Shown piece by piece: positions 12,308 to 24,035 of a stretch of 64,000 nt of DNA. Source of the stretch: Octopus bimaculoides. Lineage: Eukaryota. Positions within the stretch are counted from its first letter, which is position 1. Every line of letters begins with the position of its first letter. A program made the position numbers and the translations under genes. The stretch spans positions 57,739,300 to 57,803,299 of the forward strand of contig NC_068988.1 of assembly GCF_001194135.2 (NCBI RefSeq), given 5' to 3'. Below the pieces are notes generated by a model. That model did not search any database. It worked only from the letters and a program-made list of their open reading frames with translations, and had not been told where the DNA came from.

Positions 12308-12690
12308 TGTATCTTTTACTTGTTTCAGTCATTAGACTGCAGCCATGCTGGAGCACTGAATTGAAGAATTTTTAATCGAATGAATTGACACCAGTACTAA
12401 TTTTTAAGCCTGGTACTTATTATTTCAATCACCTTTGCTGAACTGCTAAGTTATGGGAACATAAACAAACCAGCACTGATCGTCAAGCAGTAAGAGAGGA
12501 TAAACATACATGCACACACACACACACACACACATATACAACAGGTTTCTTTCAGTTTCCATCTACTAAATCTATTCAAAAGGCTTTGGTCAGCCTGAGG
12601 CTATAGTAGAAGACACTTTCTCAATGTGCCAGGCAGTTGGCTGAACCCAATACCATGTGGTTGGGAAGCAAACTTACTATACATCCATGC
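12308..12690 (-). mobile_element. SINE-B, near full length
   Basis: Tail, internal (CA)n and head (AAGGCTTTGGTCAGCCTGAGGCTATAGTAGAAGACAC...ACCATGTGGTTG) present. Confidence 0.8.
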
Positions 12691-12691
12691 C

Positions 12692-12829
<138 letters not shown>

Positions 12830-12832
12830 TAT

Positions 12833-12864
<32 letters not shown>

Positions 12865-12875
12865 ACATATATATA

Positions 12876-13734
12876 CAGGGTGCAGTGAATAAACTGTTGT
12901 CTAAATTACGCAAAAATTAAAATAACACTGACATCTCATTTTAACAGATATATTTACCAAACTTACATAAAAATATCTTGAAATATTAAAGAGTAAATAT
13001 ATTCAATAAAACCACGGCCTCCAGATGACTTTGGAATCTCTTGCAACTTTTCTGGACGGCCTTTTTGTTTAAGTTGGTGAATGCTGCCATAATCCTTGCC
13101 TTCAGTTCATCTTTCATGTTGTAAGGAGTTTTGTTGGTCTCTCGCTCAACTGCACCCCACACATAATAACCAAGGGGGTTGCAGTCTGAGGAGTTAAGTG
13201 ACCAGATGTTAGGGGTGATGTGGTCACAGAAATTGTCTGACAGCCATGACTAGATTCTCCTGCGTGTGTGGCATGGTGCAGAGTCCTGTTACCAGACATA
13301 GGACTTCTAGTAGCCACCCTCTTGAGACTCAAGGCAGCACTATCTCCTCCAGGTACTTGATGTAGGCCTCCGTGTTGAGTCTGAGACCATGTGAAAAGAT
13401 GAGTTGAGGCATAACGTCACCATCACTAGTGATCACTCCAAACACCATGATGTTGACGGGATGTTTGATTTTTATCATTTTCAGTGCATGTCCTCAGATT
13501 GACACCCAAACACTCTGAAATGTTTGCATTGTAGTTTCCAGCGCAAATGCCAAGCAGTACAGCATGTTTTTTCCAAATTTCTGGCTGAGTGAATTGCGAC
13601 AATGGTGCTGTTTTCCTCAAAGATGGTGCCCAACTGATCCTACTATACTGTGTAGTCAACAAAATGAAAAACAAACAATGCGCATGCATGACATTAAAAA
13701 TATAAAATGGCAGCAATTTACCCATCACACCCTG
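12876..13734 (-). mobile_element. Internally deleted Tc1/mariner-superfamily transposon, DD37D (maT) type
   Basis: TA-flanked ~26-bp imperfect TIRs CAGGGTG...; minus-strand translation KIKHPVNIMVFGVITSDGDVMP...VW*QDSAPCHT...NSSDCNPL(G)YY...AVERETNKTP has exactly 37 residues between the QD aspartate and the last catalytic position (GAT to GGT). The N-terminal HTH piece is joined directly to the catalytic domain. Confidence 0.9.
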
Positions 13735-13736
13735 TA

Positions 13737-13773
<37 letters not shown>

Positions 13774-13836
13774 GTATGTATCTATGCGTGTGTGTATGTA
13801 TGTATGTATGTATGTATGTATGTATGTATGTATGTA

Positions 13837-13867
<31 letters not shown>

Positions 13868-14049
13868 ATATATATTCATTCTTTCAAAATCACACTATAT
13901 TAATATTCTTTTTGCTGTCACTGTTTGATTCCCTGCCAATCCTACTCAAGTAGAAATATGATCAAAGATTCTCCTACCATGACCATCCTGTATTTTTATG
14001 AGCTTGTCTAGAAATATATTCACCAGTAATTTATTATTCTTATTAACGG

Positions 14050-14670
14050 GGTGGCAAGCTGGCAGAACTGTTAGAGCATCAGAAAAAATGGTTTGTGGTA
14101 TTTCTTTTCACTCATTATGATTATGTTCTGAGTTCAAATCCTGCTGAGGTCAAATTTGCCTCTCATACCCTAAGAGTTGATAAATTAATATAAATATCAT
14201 TTGAGTACTGGGGTTGGTATAAGTGCCATGCACCCTATCCTCAAAATTGTTGGTCTTGTGCCAAAATTAGAAAGTCGTTCTGAGTTCAAATTCTGCTGAG
14301 GTTGACTTTGTCTTTCATCCTTTCAGAGTCGATAAATTAAGTACCAGTGAAACACTGGGGTCGATGTAATCAACTCATCCCTTCCCCCAAAACGGTGCCC
14401 ATGTGGTAAAATTTGAAACCATAATTATTTTTATTATTATCAAAGTGTTTAGCTGGCAGAATCATAAACACGCTAGGCAAGCTGGCAGAATCGTTAGCAC
14501 GCTGGGCGAAATGCTTAGCAGTATTTCGTCTGCCGCTACGTTCTGTGTTCAAGTTTGCCTTTCAACCTTTCAGGGGTGATAAATTAAGTACCAGTGAAAC
14601 ACAAGGGTCAATATAATCGATTCCTCCCCTCCCCCAAAATGGTTGCCCTTGTGGCAAAATTTGAAACCAT
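14050..14670 (+). mobile_element. Cluster of 3-4 tandem SINE-C copies or fragments
   Basis: Repeated GCTGGCAGAA...TTCTGAGTTCAAAT...GCCTTTCATCCTTTC...GATAAATTAAGTACCAG...CTGGGGTCGAT blocks. Confidence 0.8.
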
Positions 14671-14674
14671 TATT

Positions 14675-14827
14675 CATCATCATCATTTAACGTCCACTTT
14701 CCATGCTAGCATGAGTTGGACGATTTGACTGAGAGACTGGTGAACCAGATGGCTACACCAGGCTCCAATCTGATTTGGCAGAGTTTCTACAGATAGATGC
14801 CCTTCCTAACGCCAACCACTCTGAGAG
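14675..14827 (-). mobile_element. SINE-A 3' fragment
   Basis: Same tail as 11460-11604. Confidence 0.85.
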
Positions 14828-14882
<55 letters not shown>

Positions 14883-14884
14883 CA

Positions 14885-15095
14885 TTGGCAGAATCATTTA
14901 CATGCGGGACAAAATTCTTAGTAGCATTTTGTCTGTATTTATGTTCCAAGTTCAAATTCCACCAAGGTTGACTTTTCCTTTCATCTTTTTAGGCTCAATA
15001 AAATAAGTACCAGTTTTTTGACTGGAGTCAATGTAATCAACTACCCCCATCCCCCAGAATTTCAGGCCCTATGCCTATAGTTAAAAGGATTATTG
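14885..15095 (+). mobile_element. SINE-C
   Basis: TTGGCAGAATC head, B-box AGTTCAAATTC, tail AATTTCAGGCCCTATGCCTATAG...AAAGGATTATT. Confidence 0.75.
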
Positions 15096-15139
15096 TCCCC
15101 CTCATCCTTCACCCTGGTGGCAAATAAATGAAACCATTA

Positions 15140-15533
15140 CTCTCTTTTACTCTCTTTTACTTGTTTCAGTCATTTGACTGCATCCATGCTGGAGCACCAC
15201 CTTTAGTCAAGCAAATCAACCCCAGGACTTATTCTTTGTAAGCCCAGTACTTATTCTATCAACCTCTTTTGCCGAACCACTAAGTTACGGGGACATAAAC
15301 ACACCAGCATCGGTTGTCAAGAGATGGTGGGGTGACAAACACAGACACACAAACATACACGCATATATATACATATATACGACAGGCTTCTTTCAGTTTC
15401 CGTCTACCAAATCCACTCACAAGGCTTTGGTCGGCCCAAGGCTATAGTAGAAGACACTTGCCCAAGGCGCCACACAGTGGGATTGAATCCAGGACCATGT
15501 GGTTGGTAAGCAAGCTACTCACCACACAGCCAG
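15140..15533 (-). mobile_element. SINE-B, full length
   Basis: tRNA-like head GGCTGTGTGGTGAGTAGCTTGCTTACCAACCACATGGTCCTGGATTCAATCCC, internal TA/TG microsatellite, (AAAAGAGT)n tail. Confidence 0.9.
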
Positions 15534-15740
15534 CAGAATCATTAGCACACCAGGTAAAATGCTTAGCAGTATTTTGTCTGCTGCAATGTTCTGGGTTCAA
15601 ATTTTGCCGAGGTCAACTTTCCCTTTCCTCCTTTCAGGGTCAATAAATTAAGTACAAATGCAACACTGGGGTCAATGAAATCGACTATCCCCCTCCCCTG
15701 AATTTCAGGCCTTGTGCCTATAGTAGAAAGGGTTATTATT
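15530..15740 (+). mobile_element. SINE-C fused head-to-head with SINE-B
   Basis: ...CACACAGCCA|GCAGAATCATTAGCAC junction; full C body and ATT tail. Confidence 0.8.
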
Positions 15741-15879
15741 CATGAAAGTATGGTGTGATGTGAGGGAGATTAAGTAGCTACTTTTAGCATGTCAGGCAAC
15801 CATGAATAGGCTCCCTCATTACAATTTAGCTTTACTCTTAGCTAACGAACCCACCCGAGCCCAACCTTAGCCTGTTCAG

Positions 15880-15996
15880 ACAACAGCAAGACCAGACAAT
15901 CAACCAAGCAAGGGAAGCCAGCCAACCATAAATCTTCACAGTGGATTGGTCAGGCGGCACGGAAGGAGGAGGAGGAGGAAGTAAGCCCTAAAAAGG
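15880..15996 (+). CDS. Candidate internal coding exon (117 nt, phase 1-1), product unknown
   Basis: CTAAC at 15842, acceptor CCTGTTCAG (alternative in-frame CCTTAG at 15870), open frame DNSKTRQSTKQGKPANHKSSQWIGQAARKEEEEEVSPKK, perfect donor G|GTAAGT at 15997 and a second GTAAGC at 15981. Sequence is unique in the window. Confidence 0.35.
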
Positions 15997-16459
15997 GTAA
16001 GTTACAGTTGCATCTACCCCCATCTCATTCCAACCCATTGTAACAAAGAAAATAAAACAATAACATCTATGAATATATGAAATAAAATATAAAAATCAAA
16101 TAAAGAATTTGATGTGGGAGGAAGAGATGAAGGGAAGGTTGGTGGGGTGGGGGTAAGAAAGTTGAGATTGTTTCTGTTTGGTGTTCTGTTTTTTTTTTTA
16201 TGTTTTTGTATTTTTATTTTTGGTTTGATATTTTCTGTTTTGTTGATTTTTTGTTTTTGTGTATGTTGAAACAGAAAGGTGGATTTTCCCCAAATAGTTG
16301 GTTTTTTCCCCCAATAAAAAGTGAAACATTTTTAAAAATCATAACGAAAAGATTATTAACTATTGTTTCAGTTAAAATTAAGGAAAATAATTAACAAAAT
16401 TGAATGAAAATAATTTTTGATATATGAAAAAGAAATAAAGTGAAATGAAAGGAAAATAA

Positions 16460-17105
16460 GGTACTACTACCACCAACACGACCGCTAGCACCAGCACTAC
16501 TACACCTACCAACAATACTAATACAACTAACAACAGCACTAACACCACCACTACCGATCACCAAAAACAAAACTACTACCACCACCACAACCACAACCAC
16601 AATCAATACAAGTACCATCACCAAGAACAAGATCAACACTACCACCATTACCTCCAACACTTTCAACACAACTACCAACATTACCACCAACACTACCACC
16701 ACTACCTCCAACACTATAAACAACACTGCCAACACTACCACCAACACCAACACCCACCAATGACAACAACAGTACTGCTACCAATACTACCTTTGTCACT
16801 CACAGCAACACTACCATCACTACCACCAACACTACCAACCACCACCACCAACAACAACAGTACTGCTACCAACACTACCACCGCCACCAACAGCAACACT
16901 ACCATGACTACCTCCAACACTATAAACAGCACTGCCAACACTACCACCACCACCACCATCAACAACAACAACAGTACTGCTACCAAGACTACCACTAACA
17001 ACAGACAGCAACTCTACCACCATCACCACCACCCACATCAACACTCTCATTCCCCCCCGACCCTTCTGCACCCTACCATGCCCACCACCACCACCACCAC
17101 CTCCC
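16460..17105. repeat. Degenerate (ACC/AAC)n low-complexity tract
   Basis: C/A-rich trinucleotide mosaic with an internal ~60-bp duplication (about 16690-16750 vs 16895-16955). Confidence 0.9.
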
Positions 17106-17209
17106 AATCTCTGATTTATTCACAATCACTATGAGTCAATACCAAAAGTCTGTTACACTCTCGATACTCCTCAGCCATTTGAAACCAGTGGAGTTAGACC
17201 TGGATTTCG

Positions 17210-17500
17210 GTTGCTACTACTGCTACTGCTGCTCCTGTTGTTGTTTGTGTAGTTGTTGGCCGTGTTGTTGTAGTCGTCATTGTTGTCAGCGGAGTTGTTG
17301 CTGTCGTTGTTAGTGTCATTCGTATTCTGCTTGTTGTTGGTGTTGATGCTGTTGTAAATGTTGTCACTGTTGTTGTTGCTGTTGTCAATCACGTTGGTAG
17401 AGTCATTAGCTTTGTTGTTGATGTTGTTGTCACTGTCACTATTGCCATTGTTGTTGTTAGGTTTCTTGTTTGTGTTATTGTTGTTGTTGTTGTTGTTGCT
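17210..17500. repeat. Degenerate (GTT)n tract
   Basis: Direct reading. Confidence 0.9.
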
Positions 17501-18525
17501 TTTCTTCTTCTTCTTCTTCTTCTTCTTCTCCTTCCTCTTCTTCTTCTTCTTCTTCTTCTTCTTCTTCCTATTCTTCTTCTTCCTCTCCTTCCTCTTCTTC
17601 TTCTTCTTCTCCTTCCTCTTCTCCTTCCTCTTCTTCTCCTTCCTCTCCTTCATCTTCTTCTTCTTCTTCTTCTTCCTCTTCTCCTTCCTCTTCTTCTCCT
17701 TCCTCTCCTTCATCTTCTTCTTCTTCTTCCTCTTCTTCTTCTTCCTCTCCTTCCTCTTCTTCTTCTTCTTCTCCTTCTTCTCATTCTTCTTCTTCTTCTT
17801 CTTCTTCTCCTTCTTATTCTTCTTCTTCTTCTTCTCCTTCTCCCTTCTTCTTCTTCTTCTTCTTCTTCTTCTCCTTCTCCTTCTCCCTTCTTCTTCTTCT
17901 TCTTCTCCTTCCTCTTCTTCTTCTTCTTCTTCTCCTTCTTCTTCTCCTTCTCCTTCTCCTTCCTCTTCTTCTTCTTCTCCTTCCTCTTCTTCTTCTTCTC
18001 CTTCTTCTTCTCTTTCTTCTTCTTTTTCTTCTTCTTTTTCTTCTTCTTCTTCTTCTCCTTCTCCTTCTTCTTCTTCTTCTCCCTTCTTCTTCTCTTTCTT
18101 CTTCTTTTTCTTCTTCTTCTTTTTCTTCTTCTTCTTCTTCTTCTTCTCCTTCTCCTTCTTCTTCTTCTTCTTCTCCCTTCTTCTTCTTCTTCTTCTTCTT
18201 CTTCTTCTTCTTCTTCTTCTCCTTCCTCTTCTCCTTCTTCTTCTTCTTCTTCTTCTTCTTCTTCTTCTTCTCCTTCCTCTTCTTCTTCTTCTTCTTCTTC
18301 TCCTTCCTCTTCTCCTTCTTCTCCTTCCTCTTCTTCTTCTTCTTCTTCTTCTCCTTCTTCTTCTTTTTCTTCTTCTTTTTCTTCTTCTTCTTCTTCTTCT
18401 TCTTCTTCTCCTTCGCCTTCTTCTTCTTCTCCTTCTCCCTTCTTCTTCTTCTTCTTCTCCTTCCTCTTCTACTTCTTCTTCTTCTTCTTCTTCTTTTTCT
18501 TCTTCTTCTTCTCCTTCTTCTTCTT

Positions 18526-18555
<30 letters not shown>
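17501..18555. repeat. ~1.05 kb (TTC/CTC)n homopyrimidine tract
   Basis: Only about 7 purines on the + strand over 1055 bp. Confidence 0.95.
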
Positions 18556-18556
<1 letters not shown>

Positions 18557-19916
18557 ACGTTGCCAGTGTTGCTGTCGTTGTTAACCATGCGGCTATTTGA
18601 ATTATTGTTGACAATGTTATAGTTGTTGGTGTTGTTGTTGTTGCTGTTGCTATTTTATGTTATTGTTGTTGTTGTTAGTATTTTTGCTGTTGCTGTTTTC
18701 TCTAACTTCTCCCCATGTCACTTCCACCCCATGGTGTGTTACAAGTCTTTCTAGCCCCACCACCAAGTCGTTCCCAATTCCATATACCATCCCAGAATAT
18801 TCCATTTCTCTTAAGGGGAAAAAAACATGATACCCTAAGGATTAACTGTGGTAGGAGGGAGACAGAAATGGTGGGAGGAAGAGAAAAGGAAGGTCAAAAA
18901 ACAGAGAGAAGAAAAAGGAAGTGAGACAAGGAGGGTTAAAGAGGAGTGGAAAGAGTGAGTCAAAACAGGATAAAGAGAAAGAAAGAGAGAGGGAGAGAAA
19001 GCATTAGAGAGAGTCAGAGAATGAGTCAGTGGGAGGAGGAGAGAGAAGGAGAGAGAGAGAGAGAGAGAGATAGAGGAGAGAGTCAGAGATATTCGGAATG
19101 GGAGTCAGAAAGAGCTAGAAAGAAAAAGGAGGGCAAGAGAGGAAGGGTGCATGAAAATAGAAGAAATTTAAGATGCTTCATTTTCCAGTTGCATGATTGT
19201 TAACCCCCCCCCACACACACACACACACACTACACTTACAGCATGCATATACACACTAGACTATACACAGGTTACATAGAATATATAGAGAGAGAGAGGG
19301 AGAGAGAGAAAGAGAGAGAGGGAGGAGAGAGAGAATGAGAGAGAGAATGAGAGAGAATACATCAAAATAACATATATTGACCTATACATCATCATTATTT
19401 CATCATCATCATCAGCATCAACATCATCAGCATCATCATCATCATCATCATTGGTGTCATCACCACCACCACCACTACCACCACCACCACCACTACCACC
19501 ACCACCATCACCTGCCTACTCATCACCTTCTTTAACCTGAGAATGAACCAACCAGGTAATTCTATATAGACATGTCTCTAGTTTTCTTTAGTTTTCTCCA
19601 TTTTTGTTTTTATTCAATGAATTTCTTTACTCTTTTACAGGCTTCAGTCACTAGACTGTGGTCATACTGGAGCATCATATCCAAGGGCCTTTTTGGCGAT
19701 TATATTGGAACTTCAGTATTTAGTTCATCAATCTCTGTTTATGATTCTTCACCCCTGGAGTAAACATAATTATACAAACACAGATACATCGTTATTTTAA
19801 ATATACTTTTTATGTCNNNNNNNNNNNNNNNNNNNNNNNNNNNNNNNNNNNNNNNNNNNNNNNNNNNNNNNNNNNNNNNNNNNNNNNNNNNNNNNNNNNN
19901 NNNNNNNNNNNNNNNN

Positions 19917-19956
<40 letters not shown>

Positions 19957-20714
19957 AATCAAGAGAGGGAGATACAGCGAAAGTCAAAAGAGAAAGAAAG
20001 ACACTGGTGCAACAAAAATTGAAAGTACAGGTTAAGAGGAGTGTATGAAATGTGTTGAAAATTGAGGTGTAATAGGCAGAGTAGATGTGGTTGTGCGATG
20101 ACTCTGAGCAGTGATTATTGTATAGAATGGTTCCATGGTTATAATTACATTTCCAGACAGAACAAACCAAAGTCAGCAGCTATGGCTAACTGATAGAAGA
20201 TAAATCTATATTGGATTTCATACTGTTTGCTGTGAAAATTTATTTGTATTTTTAATGGTTTAGTCAGAGGAGACAGAACAGCACCCATAACTCTTTTTAG
20301 GGTATTTGCAGGGAGGCTCCTAGATTGTTGAGATGAAGGGAGGAAGCTGCTTTCAGGATCAGGTATTCAGTCGTTCTCAGCCTGGAGACTTAACCCTGAT
20401 TGTTTTGCAAGAAAATGGATTCTACTTTTACCCCAACCCACAAAAAAAAAAAGGGAAAAATCAGGTGAGAAAGTGAACAAGGGATTATAAATGGTAAATT
20501 GACAGAATTGTTAATGTCAGAAAGAAAACTTTGTTGTGATTCTCTGTTCTCTCGGTTCAAATTCCACACAGGTCAACTTTGCATGTTGTTCTTTTGGGGA
20601 TCAATAAAAAGAAAGAATCCAGAATAATGGATTGGTGCCATAAGGATGTTGGACTAGAGTTTGCAGTCTTTGTTTTGACTCTTTGAGTTTCTAGTCAAAT
20701 CCTAGAGTGAAGCT

Positions 20715-21135
20715 GGCAGAAGAGTGGTAGGAGGGGGAGAGGGGAAGAAGTAAGGCAGAGGAGGGGGAGTGAAACAGAGAAGAGAAAGGGGAGGGGAGAA
20801 GTGAGACAGAAGAGGAGAGGGGAGGGGGAGAAGTGAGGCAAAAAAGGAAGAGGAAGGGGAGAGAGAGAAAAAGGAGGAGGAGCAGAAAGGAGAAGGAGAG
20901 ATGTGGCAGAGGAAGAGGAGGAAGAGGAGAATGGGAATTGAGACAGGGGAATTGAGGAGGAAGAGGAGAGGGGGAAATGAGGCAGAGGAAGAGACAGAAG
21001 AGGAGGAAAGGAGGAAGAGAGGGAAGGGTAGGAGAGGGGAAAGAAGAGGGAAGGGGAGGAGAGGGGAAAGAAGAGGCAGAGAAGGAAGAGATGGATGGGG
21101 AAGGGAGGAGAGGGGGGAGAAGCGAAGGGGAGGAG
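20715..21135. repeat. GA-rich homopurine tract
   Basis: Direct reading. Confidence 0.9.
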
Positions 21136-22052
21136 GACTATGTTGATGACAAGAACAACACACCACAATAGAATCACCCCCAATTCTTGGGAGTCTGTTA
21201 ATTAGCTGCCATTCTGCCATTAGTTGAGCTTCAGTGGTGGTTGGCATTCGTTAGCAGAATATGTTAAACATAAAGTGCTAGGTAGATTTACGACTGTTTA
21301 ATCCAACATAAACAGTCACCTTTGTTAAAGGAAGCAAGTGTTAGACCATTCTTCTTATAGATTAACTTCCCCTTGGGGTATCGAGTTGAATGATATTTAT
21401 TGGGGGTTAGTATTCGGATTTGTGTGTTTGTGTGTGTGTGTGTGTTGAATTGTTAATTTGTTATGTTAATTCTGTGGTTCCATACCATTATTTATGGAGT
21501 TGAGGAAAGAGGACAAAAAAAAAGGGACCAACTAGAAACAAAAACTAAAACAATCCCTTCAAATTAAAATATTGCCTGATGGAATTACATCTTACCATTT
21601 TTGACTGCTAATTCCATTTTTGTCTTTCTTTTATATTTTTTAATTTTTTTTTTTTTTTCCACTTTTACCTGATGTGGGTAAGTAGCTTGGCTTAGAACAA
21701 GTGTAAGAAGGGAGAAAATATTCCAATGATTGCTTTTAGATAATGACAAAAAGTGTGTTTTTTTTTTTAAATAAAAAAAACCCAATAAAATAGTAGAGCA
21801 GAACTTGATGGAATAAAAGGGAAAAAAATGTTTAAATTTATTTATTTATTATATAAAGGGATAAGTATGTCTCTTGAGACAACAACTAGTTCTACACCTA
21901 TGAAGTTCCTCCAAGATGTAATCCTAAAAAATTTATATATATATATAGAAAGAGAGAGAGAGAAAGAGAGACAGAGACAGACAGATAGATAGACAGACAC
22001 ACAGACAGAGAGAGACAGATTGACAGGCATTCCTGTCTTCTANNNNNNNNNN

Positions 22053-22083
<31 letters not shown>

Positions 22084-22123
22084 CATACATAAACACCAAT
22101 GCACACACATATATATAGTTATG

Positions 22124-22195
<72 letters not shown>

Positions 22196-22739
22196 AGAGA
22201 GAGAGAGAAAGAGAGACAGAGACAGACAGATAGATAGACAGACACACAGACAGAGAGAGACAGATTGACAGGCATTCCTGTCTTCTAGCCATCAAACTTT
22301 CTGAAGAGCTCAAGCTTGAAATGTCTACACTTCTACTTTCTTAATCTCTCGTTAAATGTCAAACTAATAATTACACCTTGCTTACACCATGTTTTCTGTA
22401 TAGTTGTTCTTGTCCGCAATTTTGAACACACACACACACACATATATATATACATGTGTGTCTGCATGCATGTATGCATGCATGTATGTCTGTTTTAATT
22501 TTTATTTGGAATCTCCTTCACTTCACTCAAGTCAGTAATATCCTAAACATTCAAGGAATTATTCAGAACAATGTGGAAACCAATATTTGTTCTTGATACA
22601 TGAGTTAATTTTTAATCTTGAGGCTTTTATCGTTGCATCAAATCTTGGAATGGTAAAGCAATTAACATTAAAGCTAATTTCCATTGCAATGGCATTCAGT
22701 AAACTTTATTTGAATAAACTACTTTTACTTACTATCCTG

Positions 22740-24035
22740 CAAGGTGCATTCAAAAAGTATTCACCTTTATTTTTCCCCACCAAAACTAATGCTGCATGGG
22801 CAAAGCCCTTTTGATGGAAGGTGATGCCATTTTTCCAGCGCATGTGTAAAAATTTTCATACCACCAGGCCATGTCATTTCCCAGCTGTTACGAATTTTCA
22901 CACGAGATGACCAAACGCATCAAGCAGAGACCATAAACTCATACCTCATCGCCAGTGGTGACTGTTTCCATGAAGTCTGGGTCATGGTTTACACAATCCA
23001 GCAGGTTCTGAGTGATTTCTATGTGGTGTTGCTTCTGCTTCTCTGCCAACATCTTGGAGGTGAATCTTGCTGACACTCTCCTCATGCACTAATCTTCTGT
23101 TTAAACGAAATGCAGATTCTGTGCTTATTTCCACTTTGTAAACAATTTTCTGGATTGTTACACAATGGTCTTCCATCACTATTTACTGAACCTTCTCAAT
23201 TGGCTCCTCGTTTCAGTATGGGTATGACCTGCCTGAGCGTGCCTTGCTCTCCACTGAGGTGCAGCCATGACTGAAGTGGTTGTACCACTCTGTTATCTGA
23301 GTTTTGCCCATGGCATCATTGCCAAAGGCTTACTGAATCTTCCGGATGATTTGAGCTTGTGTATCCTGAAGCTTTTGGCAAAACTTGATGCAATATTTCA
23401 CCTCGAGAAATGTGAAGACGCAAGCTGGAAAGCGGAGCATTTTCCAATCGAAGTTGGATGTAGAGGGTTTGTAGGACAAAGTGTGAGACGACTGCTGTTA
23501 TCGTTAGGCCTAACTCATCATAAGGTAAATACCACCATGACCGATATCCAAAATACAATGGAGAAGGCTAGCCACTGGATTTGGTTAAAAAGAGACGATG
23601 AGCGATGGCTAGAGAAATATTGAGCTTTGTTTTTAATAACCAGTTGATCTAGCAAGTGGGGCCTCATATCAGTGAAAGGGACCGGTGCGCATTGATGCCG
23701 TCGAGAGGTAGGCCCCGAAACAGCGCGCATTCTCTCCTGATGACACCATACACTTGCTGGCTTCCAGTATGCGGAGTTCTCGACTGGTAGCACTTGCATG
23801 AGTGAGTTGTTTGCAAGACATCTTGATGCATTCAGTGAAAATGAAAATCTGAAAAGCATGCACGACACATCTATTCTAGAGCATAACAGCTAGGAACTGA
23901 CATGACCTACTGGCATGAAAATTTTCACACAAGCACCGGAAGGGTGGTATCACTTCCCATCCAAAGGATTTTACACACATGGCATTAGCTTTGGCAGAAA
24001 AAAAATGACATTTGATACTTCATGAACACACCTTG
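22740..24035 (-). mobile_element. Mariner (DD34D-like) transposon, C-terminally deleted, ~150-bp TIRs
   Basis: TIRs 22740-22890 and 23884-24035 align at about 70% by eye (CAAGGTG...GAAAATTTTCA...CAGCTGTTA); TA at 24036-37. Minus-strand YCIKFCQKL...IRKIQ*AFGNDAMGKTQITEWY...MRRVSARFTSKML..KQKQHHIE...DPDFMETVTTGDEVWVYG is the mariner HTH plus first catalytic D. Confidence 0.9.
23398..23623 (+). mobile_element. HERO-type RLE non-LTR retrotransposon 3' fragment nested in the mariner
   Basis: Uninterrupted frame HLEKCEDASWKAEHFPIEVGCRGFVGQSVRRLL...MEKASHWIWLKRDDERWLEKY*; the P.EVGCRGF and S.WIWL.R motifs are typical of HERO RLE C-termini. The 3'UTR may extend to about 23750. Confidence 0.8.

Noticed and set aside
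16760-17134. Thr/Asn-rich mucin-like ORF
   Set aside because: Embedded in ACC/AAC microsatellite mosaic, frame shifts along the tract, no convincing splice sites.
21941-22287. ~100-bp direct repeat either side of 10 Ns
   Set aside because: Identical copies abutting a gap; most likely overlapping contig ends or haplotypes.
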